Source of the DNA: Mytilus trossulus | Lineage: Eukaryota | Reading direction: 5' to 3' | NCBI RefSeq assembly: GCF_036588685.1 | Contig: NC_086386.1 | Location: 1,302,001 to 1,366,000 of the forward strand | DNA: 64,000 nt | Shown here: positions 11,601 through 26,600 of the stretch, one piece after another | Layout: each line of letters begins with the position of its first letter | Position numbering within the stretch: the stretch's first letter is position 1 | Program-made: the position numbers and the translations under genes | Notes under the pieces: generated by a model | The model's database searches: none | What the model saw: only the letters and a program-made list of their open reading frames with translations | What the model was told of the DNA's origin: nothing

Positions 11601-14600
11601 ATATAAAAAATCTTAAGTAATATTTTTTTTGTTCAATCAATAATGAAAGTGAAATATGAAATAGTGAAATAATAATTTGCATTTAGCAGCCAAAATGGTT
11701 TAATTTTGTCAAATTAAGCAATGAAACATTGATAATTACTGTTTCACTTGCAAGTGAATTAGCCGACCTCATTCAATCCATATTCATGTGAACTTCAATT
11801 TAACCCCTCGCTAGAGATTGACAACGCATGCATTATACATGTACGTGTACAGGTTATTTAAAGAAAAAAGAATGTCAACAATGAAAGTGAAACTACAGTA
11901 AATCATTTGATTACTGATTCTATCTATATAAAATCATTCTTATACGGTTAAAAACAATGAGACACATAAATTTTAATCTATAAGATAAAATCAAACAGAC
12001 CTATAAAAATCCAATTGCACATGTTGGTTTAATCTATTGATATTGTTATTTATGTTTACATCGCTTATATGGTCATCTGAGGTCAAATCAATAGTTAATT
12101 AGATGGTGTCTGGACTAACATACACATGAAACAAACCTACATATTATCTATGCCATGCTCTGTATCCTGTTTATTTTAGACTTTTGGTAGTTTGGATAAA
12201 TGTTTTACATTGTTATAAATCAATTATGAGAATTTGAGTCAAATCGGTGACCATGAATTTGACAGCTAATGCCCCTTTAAGAAGTACAAAATAAGACCTA
12301 AGTCATTAATATTATTTCATCTCAAATAACTCGAGTACTGCTGTAACCATAATATAGAATTACTTTAAAGGTTAAAAAGTAAAAACTTAAATATTTACTG
12401 TGAAAAGATATTGTATTGTAATTCTGTTCAGATTCATTTCGTAGTTTACAATCAAATTGATACATCTGCGTTTCCGGTTTATATTCAGACTCGAAAGATG
12501 CATGTTGCATAGCATCAATTTGCTAGATAAAGTCATTAAAAACCTTTTCATTTGTCAACGTTTGCTTTACAAATCTCTTCAGCCTTTTACATAACCCGTA
12601 CAAATCGTTTTGTTATCGCAAATCAACCATACTGGTGATGGGTTCATGACTTATTAATTTGTCTGTGTCTGTGAAACACAAGCTCCACATGATTTTTAAC
12701 CCACATAACAATTACCAAAAATAGTAGAAAAACTACAGAGGGACCTTCATGACAGTTATAATTCATACTCAACTAAGGGGAGCATGGAGGCTTGGCATTT
12801 GAATCGTTACAAAGGGCAATTAATGAAAATATTGATACTTCTAAAATGAAAGTTCAAAAATATAATTTAAATAAGCAATGAATTAGCATGTTCACAATTC
12901 CTTACATTGAGGGAAGAAATACTTTGGATCACGCTACACTGTACAGAATAGACATGGTAAGTGATGGTGAAAGTTCCTCCATCGTTAAATTTTCATCCAT
13001 GGAGATCCCTGGTCCATCATTGAAATATTTGTAAGAACTACGGGTCATAGTATTAAAGATTCATCGGAAACAGACCAGTTATGATCAAATCCTGATAATT
13101 TTAATAATGAATATCGACGCATGAATGGCACAGCTGACAAAAGAAAGAAAAAAATTACTCATTCCACTCGCATTAACATACTTTTAAATATGTATTTTAT
13201 CATTATAGCGAAGTGTTTAAAGGTGTCAATATCAGTGACGGTACACCTACCTCATGAAATTGCCATTATTCTGAATACATTTATGGCCCCAGTCCCCATG
13301 TTATAACAGGAGACATTAACATTGTTTATGACTGAGAGTGGAAATCATTCTAAGTAAAGGACCTAAATATCCTTCCCGGTCAATTATTAATTGGAATGAG
13401 TGTCCTAACAACATCATCCACAACTTGTTCGGTACTTAAAATGGATAAAACAAGAAAAACATGTTGAAATTTAAATTTATTGAATGACTAAAATGATCTG
13501 TATGTGTTTTATAGGTTGTGCACCTCCTGTTGGCTCATATGATCCTAAACAGAAGGATAAAGCTGTTTCTATGCAATTTGATAAAGGAGGGGATCGATTC
13601 AAAACACCAAAAGGTAATATATGTATTGTTATAAACTGGAAGGGATCTTTTCAAAACATCAATAGGTAATATATATTGTTAGATATAACAGGGGATCGAT
13701 CAGTTGGACTCAACATTACCATTTGTCAGCTTCATGAGCTTGTCCAGGACAAATGAAAATAGGTGAAGGACAAGAAGCCATAGAAGTAAACGTTTTATAA
13801 AAACAATGTTATTTCTGTTATAGAGAAATGACACTTCTATGCTATCAGGTTCCCTTTTACCAACGAAAATCACAAAAATGGTATCCATTGAATATTAATG
13901 AATCCACAGTTAACTGTAATCACTAGCTAGCCAGTCAACATCAAGGGCACTACCGCTTCCTCCAGCAATAATAACTGATTGCCACAAAATAGCTCAAAAG
14001 TGGTATTAAAACACAAACAATCAATCATTATTGTTTAACTAAATATTACAAACTTTATATACTGGCAAGTGAGTTTGTAAATGTAAAATTGTAATTTCTT
14101 TTTTTCAGATATTCTTCTTGGACCTGGATCTTTTGACATTGATACACCAGTTAAAAAGTGCCCATTGAATCAATCAACATGTAGTAATGGGGTTAGTAGC
14201 TGAAGCTTTTGATAGATCTAATTAAGAAATAATTCATGGGAGCTTGAATATATCTAGATTTTACCACGGGTTGCCCCTTTATGACAAATATTCTAACATG
14301 ACGTCCTTCAAACGCTTTGCGTACACACCCGTGGTAAAATATGAATATATTGCCAGTGCTGTTCCGATTGTACTCCCACGTCATATGCTTTTTTATGAAT
14401 GAGATACCCGAAGTCATAGAACAATGACGTTAGAATGTAAGCATTTTATGGGAAAATACACGCTTGTGAATCTGAAAATCATCACAAGGAAACATACACA
14501 AATGATGCTAAAATGTGGCAAAAGCCCTTTATTGAACATCATATAAGACATATATAAATAAATTATTATTCAAATTCATCCAAAACTGTCTAAATACATT

Positions 14601-17600
14601 ATTTTAAATAGTTTAAGCATGTCACTAATGCAGTTTGCTCCGTTCTTTTACGCTAGTTTATTTATGGGAACAGCAAATATTTGCCTACACCTAGAGCGCT
14701 TCGATCCAAAAGAATTGCTGTATGTGTCCTATCAGAATGGAAATAAATCATGGGGGCTTGAATATATCTAGATTTTACCACGGGTTGTCCCTTTATGTCG
14801 ATATTTTACCCCTCGCTATCGCTCAGGGGTAAAAGATTTGTCATAAAGGGCCAACCCGTGGTAAAATCACGATATATTCAAGCCCCCATGAATTATTTCT
14901 TAATTTTAACCTGAGTGATAGGGAGGCGTAAAATATCGGCATAAAGGGACAACCCGTGGTAAAATCTAGATATATTCAAGCCCCCATGAATTATTTCGAT
15001 TCTAATAGGACAAATATGGCAATTCTGTTGGATTGAAGCGCTCTAGGTGGAGGCAAATATTTGCTGTTCCCATAAATAAACACACTATTTAATTGGCGTA
15101 AAAGAACAGAGCTAACTGAATTAGTGACATGCTTAAACTATTTTCAATAACGTATTTAGATCGTTTTGGATGAATCAAAATGAAAATTTACTTATATGTC
15201 TTATATATTTAAAAAAAAAATGGCTTATACCATATTTTAGCATTGTTTGTTTACATTTCCTTGTTGTGATGATTTTCGGTTCAGAAGCGTATATTTTCAC
15301 GTTAAATGCTTATATTCTTACGTCATCGTTCAATGACGTTTGGAAGCTCATTCATAAATAACATATGACGTGGGAGTATGATCGGAACAGCCCAGGGAAT
15401 ATATTCATATTTTACCACGGGTGTGTACTTTTGAAGGACCTCATGTTAGAATTAATTATAACATGTTAAATGTAGGAATGGTTGATGGTCATAAGTCATT
15501 GGTTAGTCCGAAAATCTTAATGTGCAATATAGGAGCACATGGTTGGATCAACTTTTTTTTTTATTAATCTATGTACTGCTAAGTTTACAATGAAAAATAT
15601 CAAAATATAAAGCTTTATGGCATAAAACTGTTACAGAGTTATGTTAAGTTCAACATTTTAAGGTATTTTACTTCATGTTGGCATGGAACTGAAGCACAAT
15701 GTTTTATGCTACTATAATTAAAAATCAGGCATGTTTTCTATTAAGTGGAAAGTATCTACATGTATCTCTGTCTATCTGGTATGGAATAGAATTTAATGTA
15801 ATAATCATATCTTTTATTTGCAGGGAGATAAAAAGAAAAATCACAAAACTTCAGAAAACTCCTTGGAAATGGCAAAAATCAAAGATCTGGAACGAGAGGT
15901 ATATTATTGACTTAAAAAAGAAGATGTGGTATGATTGACAATGTGACAACTCGCCACAAAACATGACCAAATGACACCAACATTCATAGCTATAGGTATA
16001 TGGCCTTCAACAATGAGCATAATGAGCATAACCCATACTCCAGTCAGCTTCAAACGGCCTAATTTATGTACTTTTTTTTTTAACAAAAAACAAATATGTA
16101 ACATAGCATCAAACGACAAACTCTGAATTACAGACTTGGGATAAGTATCTACGTACAGAATGTGTTGCTGCATTAATATGGAAAATAAATCTACAATTTT
16201 AATTTAAATCAAAAATTAATCTACAATTTTAAATTTTACTTCAAATTTTGAAATTGCATTATGGATTAAAAGTTTAATTCTTTTAACATGTTCTTCCCAC
16301 TAATAGCAATTTTTTGACAATATTACACATTAAAAATAAACGTATGGCAGTTATTTCTTCATTTAGACCTATTGATAAATCATTGTTTGCTTACAGATAA
16401 AAAGGTTAGTTCAGGAGAGAAATAACTTAGATAAGCAGTTAACACACAGAGAAGACGATATAGTTAAATTAGAAGGAAGATTACAAACAGCTCACACAGA
16501 TAAAATCTCCCTTCAGGCAAAAATAGCTTCACTAGAAAAAGAATTGAAGGAGCTAAAGAAAAGTAATGAAGTCCTCAGAAATAAGGTGTATATTTCTTTT
16601 TCATTAATAATACAGTTATTTTGGTGTCTTTTCGCTAGGCACAATTTCTGCCCTTTCTAACAATGCCATGTTTTTCTTGGCAGTAAACTTCTCTATCGGT
16701 CACCCCAGTCAACCAAACCATAGACCCTACCTTTCGGATTTATTGTAAATTTGTTTGTGGCCTGAATATACTGGAAAAATTTGCTTCTGAACATCGAGTA
16801 AATAATGATCAATCTATTACAAGACTTGTTCTGTAGCAAAGCTTTAATCTAATGTTATACTTAATTTCTGAATTTTGTGATTATCTCAAATATGAATTAC
16901 TAATATATATTGAAGTAGGGCACTCTTTTATTTCAATTTTTGTAAATTGTTTATATTTAACTGGACCCATTTAACTTTACTAAAGAATAACTTTAACATG
17001 TTTGTTGTACTTTTTTTCTGAGCAGATGTCAAATGCAGACACAGCATGTAAGAAACAAGAAAGTCTTCAGCATGAGTTATCTTCCCTGAAACACCAGATG
17101 GAGTGTAAGAATAAAGAAATATCTCGTGTTAAACATGAATTGGATATCACACAGAATCACCAGAACAATGAACTACATATTTTAGAAAATGTTGTCATGG
17201 TGATAGAAGAAAGAATCCATCATTTGGGTATGTTTTAATCACACCTATTTTTGAGATTTTTTTTTTTCTAGTGTTATCGTACAATAAATGATGGAATTCT
17301 TAGTTTAAATATATTTATTCCAGATATAAAATAACTCTTGAAATTACATACTATGAAGACAGCTAATGAATGCCCTGACATGAAAAATGTGAACCTACAT
17401 GACCTTTAAAAAAGAAGATGTGGTATGATTGCCAATGAGACAACTATCCACAAAATACCAAAATGACGCAAACATTAACAATTATAGGTAACCGTACGGC
17501 CTTCAACAATGAGCAAAGCCCATACTGCATAGCCAGCTATAAAAGGCCCTGATAAGACAATGTAACACAATTCAAACGAGAATACTAATGGCCTTATTTA

Positions 17601-20600
17601 TGTAAAAAAATTAAGGAAATACAATTATGTAACACATCAACGAACGACAACCACTGAATTACAGGCTCCTGACTTGGGACAGGCACATACATAAATAATG
17701 TGGCGGGGTTAAACATGTTAGCGGGATCCCAACCCTCCCCTAACCTGGGACAGTGGTATAACAGTACAACATAAGAACAAATTATTTATACAATATGAAT
17801 TATGAAAAACAAATATGAGACATGACCCAATGACAACCACTGAATTACAAGCTCCTGACTTGGTATAGGCACATAAAGAATGTTGCAGGGTTTAACATGT
17901 TTATGAGTGGTCAGCAATTCCCTTACCTGGGACAGTGGTTACAGCACAACAATTGAAGTCTGGTACTTTGATAGAGAATGATAAGAATTATGTCATGACA
18001 TTGTGATAATGAGAAAACATGGCATGTTGGATACGGTATAACAGTTGTAATATTTTACATTTTTTTTTTAGATATTGATGCTGATCATAACTGCACACCT
18101 AGGAACAACTCAGAAATAAGCAGTAAGTAACATACATTGGGGGGAAAACCGTTTATGTGGATTTACCTTCATTAGGAACATGCAATGCCGAAATATTTAC
18201 AAGCCAGGGATGTACACAAACAGAAACATTTTTAAAAGAGCTACTTTAACAACAATTATTTCACTTTAATTTCACATGCAAAACTTTTAATGGTATTTAA
18301 TTTGAAAAAAATCAACCCCAAACTAAAACTTTGTTTAGAAACCAAAAGTTTTAAAAATTTGTTTTACATCTTCCATTTTTAAAAAGTAAAACTTTCTTCA
18401 AAAATTTATATTTTCACTAAAATTTAATTTTGAATCTAGACATAAATTAAATTAACAAGAATAAAATGTTCATGTATATTGGATGGAAAAATGCAGTTGA
18501 AACCCTGTTTATGAGTCTAGACATTGAATATTCCACAAAGCAGCCAATCACATCCATATTAGATATTCCTATAAAAAATGAATTGCCAATAGCACAAAAT
18601 TGTAGATATCTTAAAATGATGGAAAAATTATTTGAAGATGTTTAACTTACTGTTGAAGTATTTTGGTAAAAATGTTTGATTTCTTATTACAGGTTTCAAA
18701 AGAAAAGGCAGTGAAGATTTGGCTGTCAATATGAAAACAGAAAACCCCAAGAAAATCATTGAGGTAAAACTGCATATCTATATAACAAGAAAATCGTTGA
18801 GGTAAAACTGCATATCTATATAACAAGAAAATTGTTGAGGTAGAACTGCATATCTATATAACAAGAAAATTGTTGAGGTATAACTGCATATTTATATAAC
18901 AAGAAAATCGTTGAGGTATAACTGCATATCAATATAACAAGAAAATTGTTGAGGTAAAACTGCATATTTATATAACAAGAAAATCGTTGAGGTATAACTG
19001 CATATCAATATAACAAGAAAATTGTTGAGGTAAAATTGCATATCTACATGTTTATACCAAGAAAATCATTGAGGTAAAACTGCATATCTACATGTTTATA
19101 CCAAGAAAATCGTTGAGGTAAAACTGCATATCTACATGTTTATACCAAGAAAATCATTGAGGTAAAACTGCATATCTACATGTTTATACCAAGAAAATCA
19201 TTGAGGTAAAACTGCATATCTACATGTTTATACCAAGAAAATCGTTGAATAAAATACCTCTGAGTGAGAAATTTGTAAAAAAAAAATTTACATATCTATA
19301 TATAAAGGTATAGAACCACTAATTCAGGCCTGGTTTGAAAGAAAGCAGTACATATTTTAAGCAAAATAGTTCCTACGCATAGCTGTTTCTTTGTCAATAG
19401 AAGGAATATTTTGGTAGTTTTGAAAGTTTCTTTTGATTAATAAAGAGGCAAAGTTGCTTGTCTTTATAACAAATGAGAAAATGTAAAAATTAAAAAAAGA
19501 AGAAATCTAGAAACAGAAATACAGCTGTAACTGTGTCATGGTATCAACTGATTCAAGGATAACCCTTTGTATCTATTACAGCTAATTTCCTAAAGCATGT
19601 AGAGCAAGACTTTAGTTAGCTTACTGGCTTTGTTTTTATATTGTACAATAATTAGGATAACACCCAATTAAATTCAAATATTATATATACAGGTTAAACT
19701 TTGCCTATATATATTGTTTAAAGATGTTAATTTTATTTACAAAGCTTGTATAAAAAATTATACAAACAAAGCAAGCAAGGCAACCAAAGTTTTGCTTTAC
19801 ATGCATTAGGAAATTAGCTGTAATGATATTTCATGATTTGACTCTGATTTGTAGAAGTTACAGAAACGTTTTAATGAGACAATTCAAGAGTTCGACAAGA
19901 AGATACAGTTGTTTAAGACCCGGTATGAAAGGATTATGGCGGACAAAGTAGATCTGGAACAAAATCTGGAGAAAAAGGAGATAGCCTTGAAAGATTATAG
20001 GGAGGAATCTGACACTCTTGAAAAAAACAGGTAATTTAGAATAACATGTGTAAAATAAAAAGGTGTGGTATGATTGCCAATGAGACAACTGTCCAACACA
20101 GTTCAAATGATAACGGATTTAAAGAACTATAGGTTACCTTATGACCATCAATAATGAACAAAACTCATACTGTATATAGTCAACTATAAAAAAAACCCAG
20201 ACATAACAAAATATGAAAATTTAGTGACAAAAACCGACTGGAACCTACAACTTCCATTTAATTACACACAAAAAACATGGGACAGTGGTATAAAAGCCAT
20301 ACATTAGAATAAACTATTAAAAGTCGACTCATCAGATCTTCACAATGTGGTCATGGGTGCATCGGTAGCGAGTGGTCTAAGTAGTTCTACTATTGTTATC
20401 ACTAGTCAGTCAACACTGAGGTTGTGACATTGATCCCTGCTCGTGCAAATGCTCTCGATTTCAATCTTTTTTTTCTGGGATTGTCAGTTTTCATATCAAA
20501 GGTCTGTGGTTTTCTCATAGCACTCTGGCTTCCTGCACCAATAAAGTTATAAAAATTTATTAAATTATGTTGATTGATTATTTACACTAATGATTCTACT

Positions 20601-23600
20601 GTAACATGTAATATACTGTACTATTTCAGGAGTATGTTATCAACTAAATATTCCACATTAAAAAAGATGATCAAAGATTTAAAGTCAGAAACCTGGAGTC
20701 AAGAGGATGATATCAGGTATTGAACCATTTTAAAGATTTATAAGTAAACACCAAGATATTCCAAGAGATTGAAGAAGTTAACCCGAGAATCTGGGAAAAT
20801 ATTGTGCAGATCCCTTATGTTTATGCACTTTCAATGAAGACTTCAAAGATAAGGTTTCAATTATCAATTGAATTTGTAACCTTTATTGATTGTTGTTTGT
20901 GTGGAAAGATAAGTTATTTTTTAGAGAGAAAAACATCTTTTATCCTGGGCCATTATATTTTCTGGTCTGTGCATCCATCAGTTTGTTGGTCACTTCGCTA
21001 GTCTCCTCAGTTTAAAGTTTTTAGTCAAGGTAGTTTTTGATGAAGTTGAAGTCTGAACAACTTGAAACTTAGTACACATGTTCCTTATGAAATGATCTTT
21101 CTGATTTTAATGTCAAATTAGAGATTTATCTCAATTTCACGGTCCACTGAACATAGGAAATTATAGTGCCGGTGGGGCATCCATGTACTATGGACACATT
21201 CTTGTATTTAGTAAACTTTTTTCTTTTTATAATAAATGAAGTGGACTATTACCATGTAACTAGTATTTCCAATGTATTATAACTAGGTATGGCAATTTAA
21301 AGCCAGGATAAACATGTGTTTTAAAATGGCTTAGAAGTTCAACAAAAAATGAAACTGGACATTTAGGAAGTTTTTATATATTTGAAACATTTCACTTTCC
21401 ACAAGGTAAAGAGAATACTGGATCTATGCAAAGTTAATAGAATTTAGCAGCACAGTAACTTTAAACCAGGTTGTGAGATTATCTTTTATTTTTATTTTTA
21501 GATATTTAAAAGGAGAGGTATTTTCCAAACAAGATAACTTGAAGGAAGAAGGACAGATATTGTTTGAGGTCAGAGCAGAGAAAGCCAGTCTCCTGGAGAA
21601 ATTGGATATCCTGGAAGAGTAAGATTATTTATACAACACCTTCATAGTCATTACACACTTCAAATAGCTTCCTTATTTATCAAGTTAAATAGCGTCCTTA
21701 TTCATCAAGTCAAATAGCTTCCTTATTCAACAAGTATGTAACAGAATGTGAAACATACAGATGTTTTTCTGTTGGTGTCAGTGTTATCGTTTTGTATTAA
21801 GCTTTTCATTTCAGATGATTGAAGAAATTATAATCCATATTTTGTATATTATGGTCTGAAGTTTTCATCTGACGTATGTCCATACTCCTTGACCTCATTT
21901 TTATGTGCATATTATAAAATTTTCATGTGTCTTTAAAGCATATTGTAGTTTTGATCCCACTGCTTTTTACAGCGAAAATCTGCATTTTGTAAAATTTATA
22001 ACTGTCTCAAATCGATTTATATGCTATCATACATGATGCAGTGATAGAATCCATTTTCAACAATCTTTGTAAAAAATAAAATTTTATAAAATTATTCTGA
22101 TTTTAGTGTAAGTGATGTCATTACTTCCCACGTAACTGTATCATTAGCCCTTTAGCCCTGATAATAACTTGATTTTAATTTCATATTTAACAAAAAAATA
22201 GAATTGTTTATATTGCTCTGAGATGGTGCAACTGTTTATAAGTCTATTTATATCTTATTTTTGATAGAGTATTTAATCATATAAATCATTTCAGAGAAAA
22301 TGGAACATTGAATGAAAACATCAAGACATTAACAGAAAAGTACCATGTTATTGAAGGTCAATTTGGTGAGTATTATTTTATTGAAGGTCAATTTGGTGAG
22401 TATTATATGTTATTGGAGGTCAATTTCGTGAGTATTATGTTATTGAAGGTCAATTTGGTGAGTATTATGTTATTGAAGGTCAATTTCGTGAGTCTATTAT
22501 TTTATTGAAGGTCAATTTGGTGAGTATTATGTTATTGAAGGTCAATTTGGTGAGTATTATTTATTGAAGGTCAATTTGGTGAGTATTATGTTATTGGAGG
22601 TAAATTTCGTGAGTATTGTTTTATTGAAGGTCAATTTCGTGAGTATTGTGTTATTGAAGGTCAATTCGTTGAGTATTATGTTATTGAAGGTCAATTTCGT
22701 GAGTCTATTATGTTATTGAAGGTCAATTCGTTGAGTATTATTTTATTGAAGGTCAATTTGGTGAGTATTATGTTATTGAAGGTCAATTTGGTGAGTATTA
22801 TTTTATTGAAGGTCAATTTGGTGAGTATATGTTATTGAAGGTCAATTTGGTGAGTATTATTTTATTGAAGGTCAATTTGGTGAGTATTATGTAATTGAAG
22901 GTCAATTTTGTGAGTATTATGTTATTGAAGGTCAATTGGTGAGTTTAATGTTATTGAAGGTCAATTTAGTGAGTATCAAGTTATTGAATTAAATTTGGTG
23001 AGTCTATTATTTTATTGAAGGTCAATTCGGTGAGTTTTTTATTGTGTTATAAAATATGTTAGGATTGTTTCATAAAATACATTAAAAAACAAAATAAAAA
23101 ATCCTAATAGGTTTCATGAAGTCCCATAAAATTTTAATTTATCGACTGTATTTCTATGAGGCCACAATCTTTAAAATCATCAGATAATCGATATCTTGAC
23201 TGCAGTTCCTGTCTGACGAAATTTTGAATTTGAACATATCATAGTAGTACTAACGAAAATAAAATAAAAGTTATGTTGATACTGTAATTACTTATCAAGA
23301 ATCAATATAATGTGTATCAATTCATTACACCAAAAATAAAATAGGCCTCCCAACACTGGACATTAGATAGATGTCTCAATGGCAGTCATGTCATATCTCT
23401 GAATTTTTATGATAGTTTGTATTTTTCAGCAGAGGAACAAAATCAGAATAATGTGAAATCCGATCAAGTTCAGTCCCAACTGGATGTTACTAAATGTCAT
23501 CTGATGGAGGTCCAGGACCAATATCAATTCCTACAGTCCAAGAATAAAGAACTGGTCCATTCCATCAACAAAGAGAAGGTAATAATTTATAGAAAACACG

Positions 23601-26600
23601 TCTGACATGAACAACATTTAATATCAGAGAGAGAGTGAACAAAAAGGTTTTTCCTGACATAACTTATGCAATTAATTAATGAACATTTAAATTTGTGATT
23701 CTCCTGTACCCACAAAATCAACAAAAATTGGTATATCATATGAGCGTATGATTGTTGTTAGGAATTTGAAGAAAAAACACTTGTTGTAACAGTGAAGACC
23801 TTGTTGTTAATGTGTTTATCTTGAGCATCAATGTATTGCTTAGAAGTTGTTATCAAGTTTTGTTTTAATTTTCAGGAGAATGTGGAAAAATTTATCTATG
23901 AATTAGATGAACAGAAACAGCTGACCTCTGACCTCCAGATGTTAGTTGTTGATAAAGAAGAGAAAATAACAGACTTGGAGATATCACTAGAGGCCACAAA
24001 AGTGGAATTACAGAACTTAATGGACAGCATAGAAGATAAGGAGGGTGATATCATAAACTTACAACACAGAATTCACAGTCTAGAGGAAATGGAGAGGTCA
24101 CTTCAAAGTCAAATACAACACGAAAACAAGGTCAACCAAGAAACAGCAAGACAACATGCAGATAGAATATTACATTTAGAACATCGTGAGATTTCTGTTA
24201 CCGAGGAAAACATCAAGTTATGTAGAGAACTAGAAGAGATGAATCATCTCAAATCTGCTGTTGAGGAGAAAATGGAGGACGGACACAAGGAATTGACAAA
24301 CCAGTTACAACTGGTTCTGAAAGAAAAGGAAAGCATACAAACTGAACTGGAAATCACACAAAAAAAGCAAGCAAGTTTGAAGGAAGAAGTTTCTAACCTT
24401 GAAGGGAAACTAACAACTGTAGAAGATACACTAGAAATAGAAAAACAAACACGTCTTGATATTGCTGAGCAGATGACAGGAAACATTCAGACAGTTATCC
24501 AGGAGAAACAAGATTTGATCAACAACTTACAATCACTTACCTCACAAATAGAAAAAAGTAAATCTGACAACATTTACCTGATAGAACAGATACAGGAATT
24601 AGAGAAAGTGAAAGTACAACAACAACAGGAAATATTACATCAGAAGGAGGAGTTAGGCAAAGTGAAAGTAGATAAAGAAAACACTGATGATAAACTGAAG
24701 AAGTTGGATGCTAAATTCCACAGTCTAAACAAAGAAAATACACAGTTAATGAATGAGATTGACTTTTTACAGGAGAAAAAATTGAGGGATGAAAATGAAA
24801 TTAAGGATCAAATTGAAACATTGAAAAGTGATTTGTTAAATTTGAAGGAGAAAGATGAGAGTCAAACTGAGGCTATATCTCAACATGTTGAGTCATTGGA
24901 AGATGCTCATTCTGAGATTGAAAAGTTGAGGAATGACACTATGAATCTGAAGGAGAAAGAGACAGTTCAGACTGAGACTATATCTCAACATCTCAAGTCA
25001 TTAGAAGATGCTTATACTAGAGAGAAAGAATTAGATGAAGAGAAAGTAGAGCTAACATCAAAATTAGAACAAGTAACAACACAAAAAGAGGCCATCTCAA
25101 AACAGTTTTCTGAGTTAGTGAGTTCATTAGAAGAAGTGAGTAACAAATCAACAGAGAAGGAGACCAACTGGAGAAGTGAACAGGAGAGATTGATCACAGA
25201 ATTACAGACGGTCACAAACCAAAAGGAGATCTTACAACAAAGGATTACTTCCCTTGAGGAGGAAAAAGGAGCACTTGGGGAATTAGTTAAGCATTTAGAA
25301 ACTAAGTTGGAAGATGTGGAAAGAGAAAGTAGAACAGAAATAGATTCTATTAAAACCCGTTTAGAAAACACAGAACACCAGAATGAGACACTACAATCTG
25401 TGAACCTGACATTACAGGAGACATTAGAGGATCAAGGTGTACGATCTCACAGCTTGGAAAACGATGTAGAAAAGTTAACACAAGAAATACATGTGTATAA
25501 AGATTTCAAAGGGAAGTATGAAGATAAAGTCAAAGAAATATCACATGTGGAACAGGAAATGATGTCACAGATTGATTCACTAAAGGTTAAAATACAGGAC
25601 ACTGAGGCAGGGAAAGATATGCTGAATCAGCAGATTAACGATATTAATAAAATAGTCGATACTTTAAATACGGAGAATGCAAGACTTGAAAAGGAAATAG
25701 ATACTAAAGAAGAGGTCATAGAAAGGTTAACTTTACAATATGAATCTGAAATAAAAACTTTTAAAACTGAGGTCAAAGGTCAACAATCTTGTAATAGAGA
25801 TTTGACTGATAATATACAGCTTTTAGAAAACAGACTTAAAGAATTAGAAAGTGAAACTGTGAAATATAGAACACAAACTGAAGCGATGCAAAACGAAGTA
25901 AAGCATAAAGAAAGTGAATCAATAAATAGAATAGAAGATTTATCTCAACTTCTCCATTCAGTGAAGGAGGACAGGAATCAGCTAACACAGGAAGTTCAAT
26001 CTTTACAAAGGTATAGTTAGATCTATATACAATTGTCCATCTATTAGTCATAAATATGTCTACCTTTAATGGCAGTCTTAAGTGATTTATTCTTTTCATG
26101 TATAAAAAAGACAAATCTTCACAAGAGACCAATTGACACAGAAATTAACTAGAGGTCACCATACAGCCTTCAACAACCAGTAAAGCCCACACCGCATATT
26201 TGTTAAGAAATCAATCTCTGCTTATACTTATAGCTTTACAGTAGGAAGAATGCAGTCTGCCTATCAGGATGTCAATAGCTTGCTTAATGTACAAAATCTT
26301 TTGAAACAAATACGATAAGTTTTAAGATATTGAGGTGTTAATTTTTTTTCCGAAAAGAGAAATTTTTATGAGAATGTAACAAGGAGCCATTTTTTAAAGT
26401 TTTTTAAATGAAGAAAGGCTTTGGGGCCAAATTCTGGAGTATTCACACCCATTATTAGTATTAATATGAATAACTTTATATTATTAAACAAGTTACAGGT
26501 ATTTAAATAGAAATACTACTTTATGTTTAGTCAAATACACACAGTGGAAGATGAAAAAGAAGAAATGGCCAAACACTATGAAGATGAATTAATGGATCTG

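Noticed and set aside
20355-20450. tRNA gene
   Set aside because: Only an A-box-like head with a degenerate B-box and no cloverleaf, continuing into a SINE body.
23831-26020. 729-aa ORF as a standalone myosin/golgin-like gene
   Set aside because: It has an acceptor at 23875 and a donor at 26011 in phase with flanking HMMR exons, so it is HMMR exon 14.
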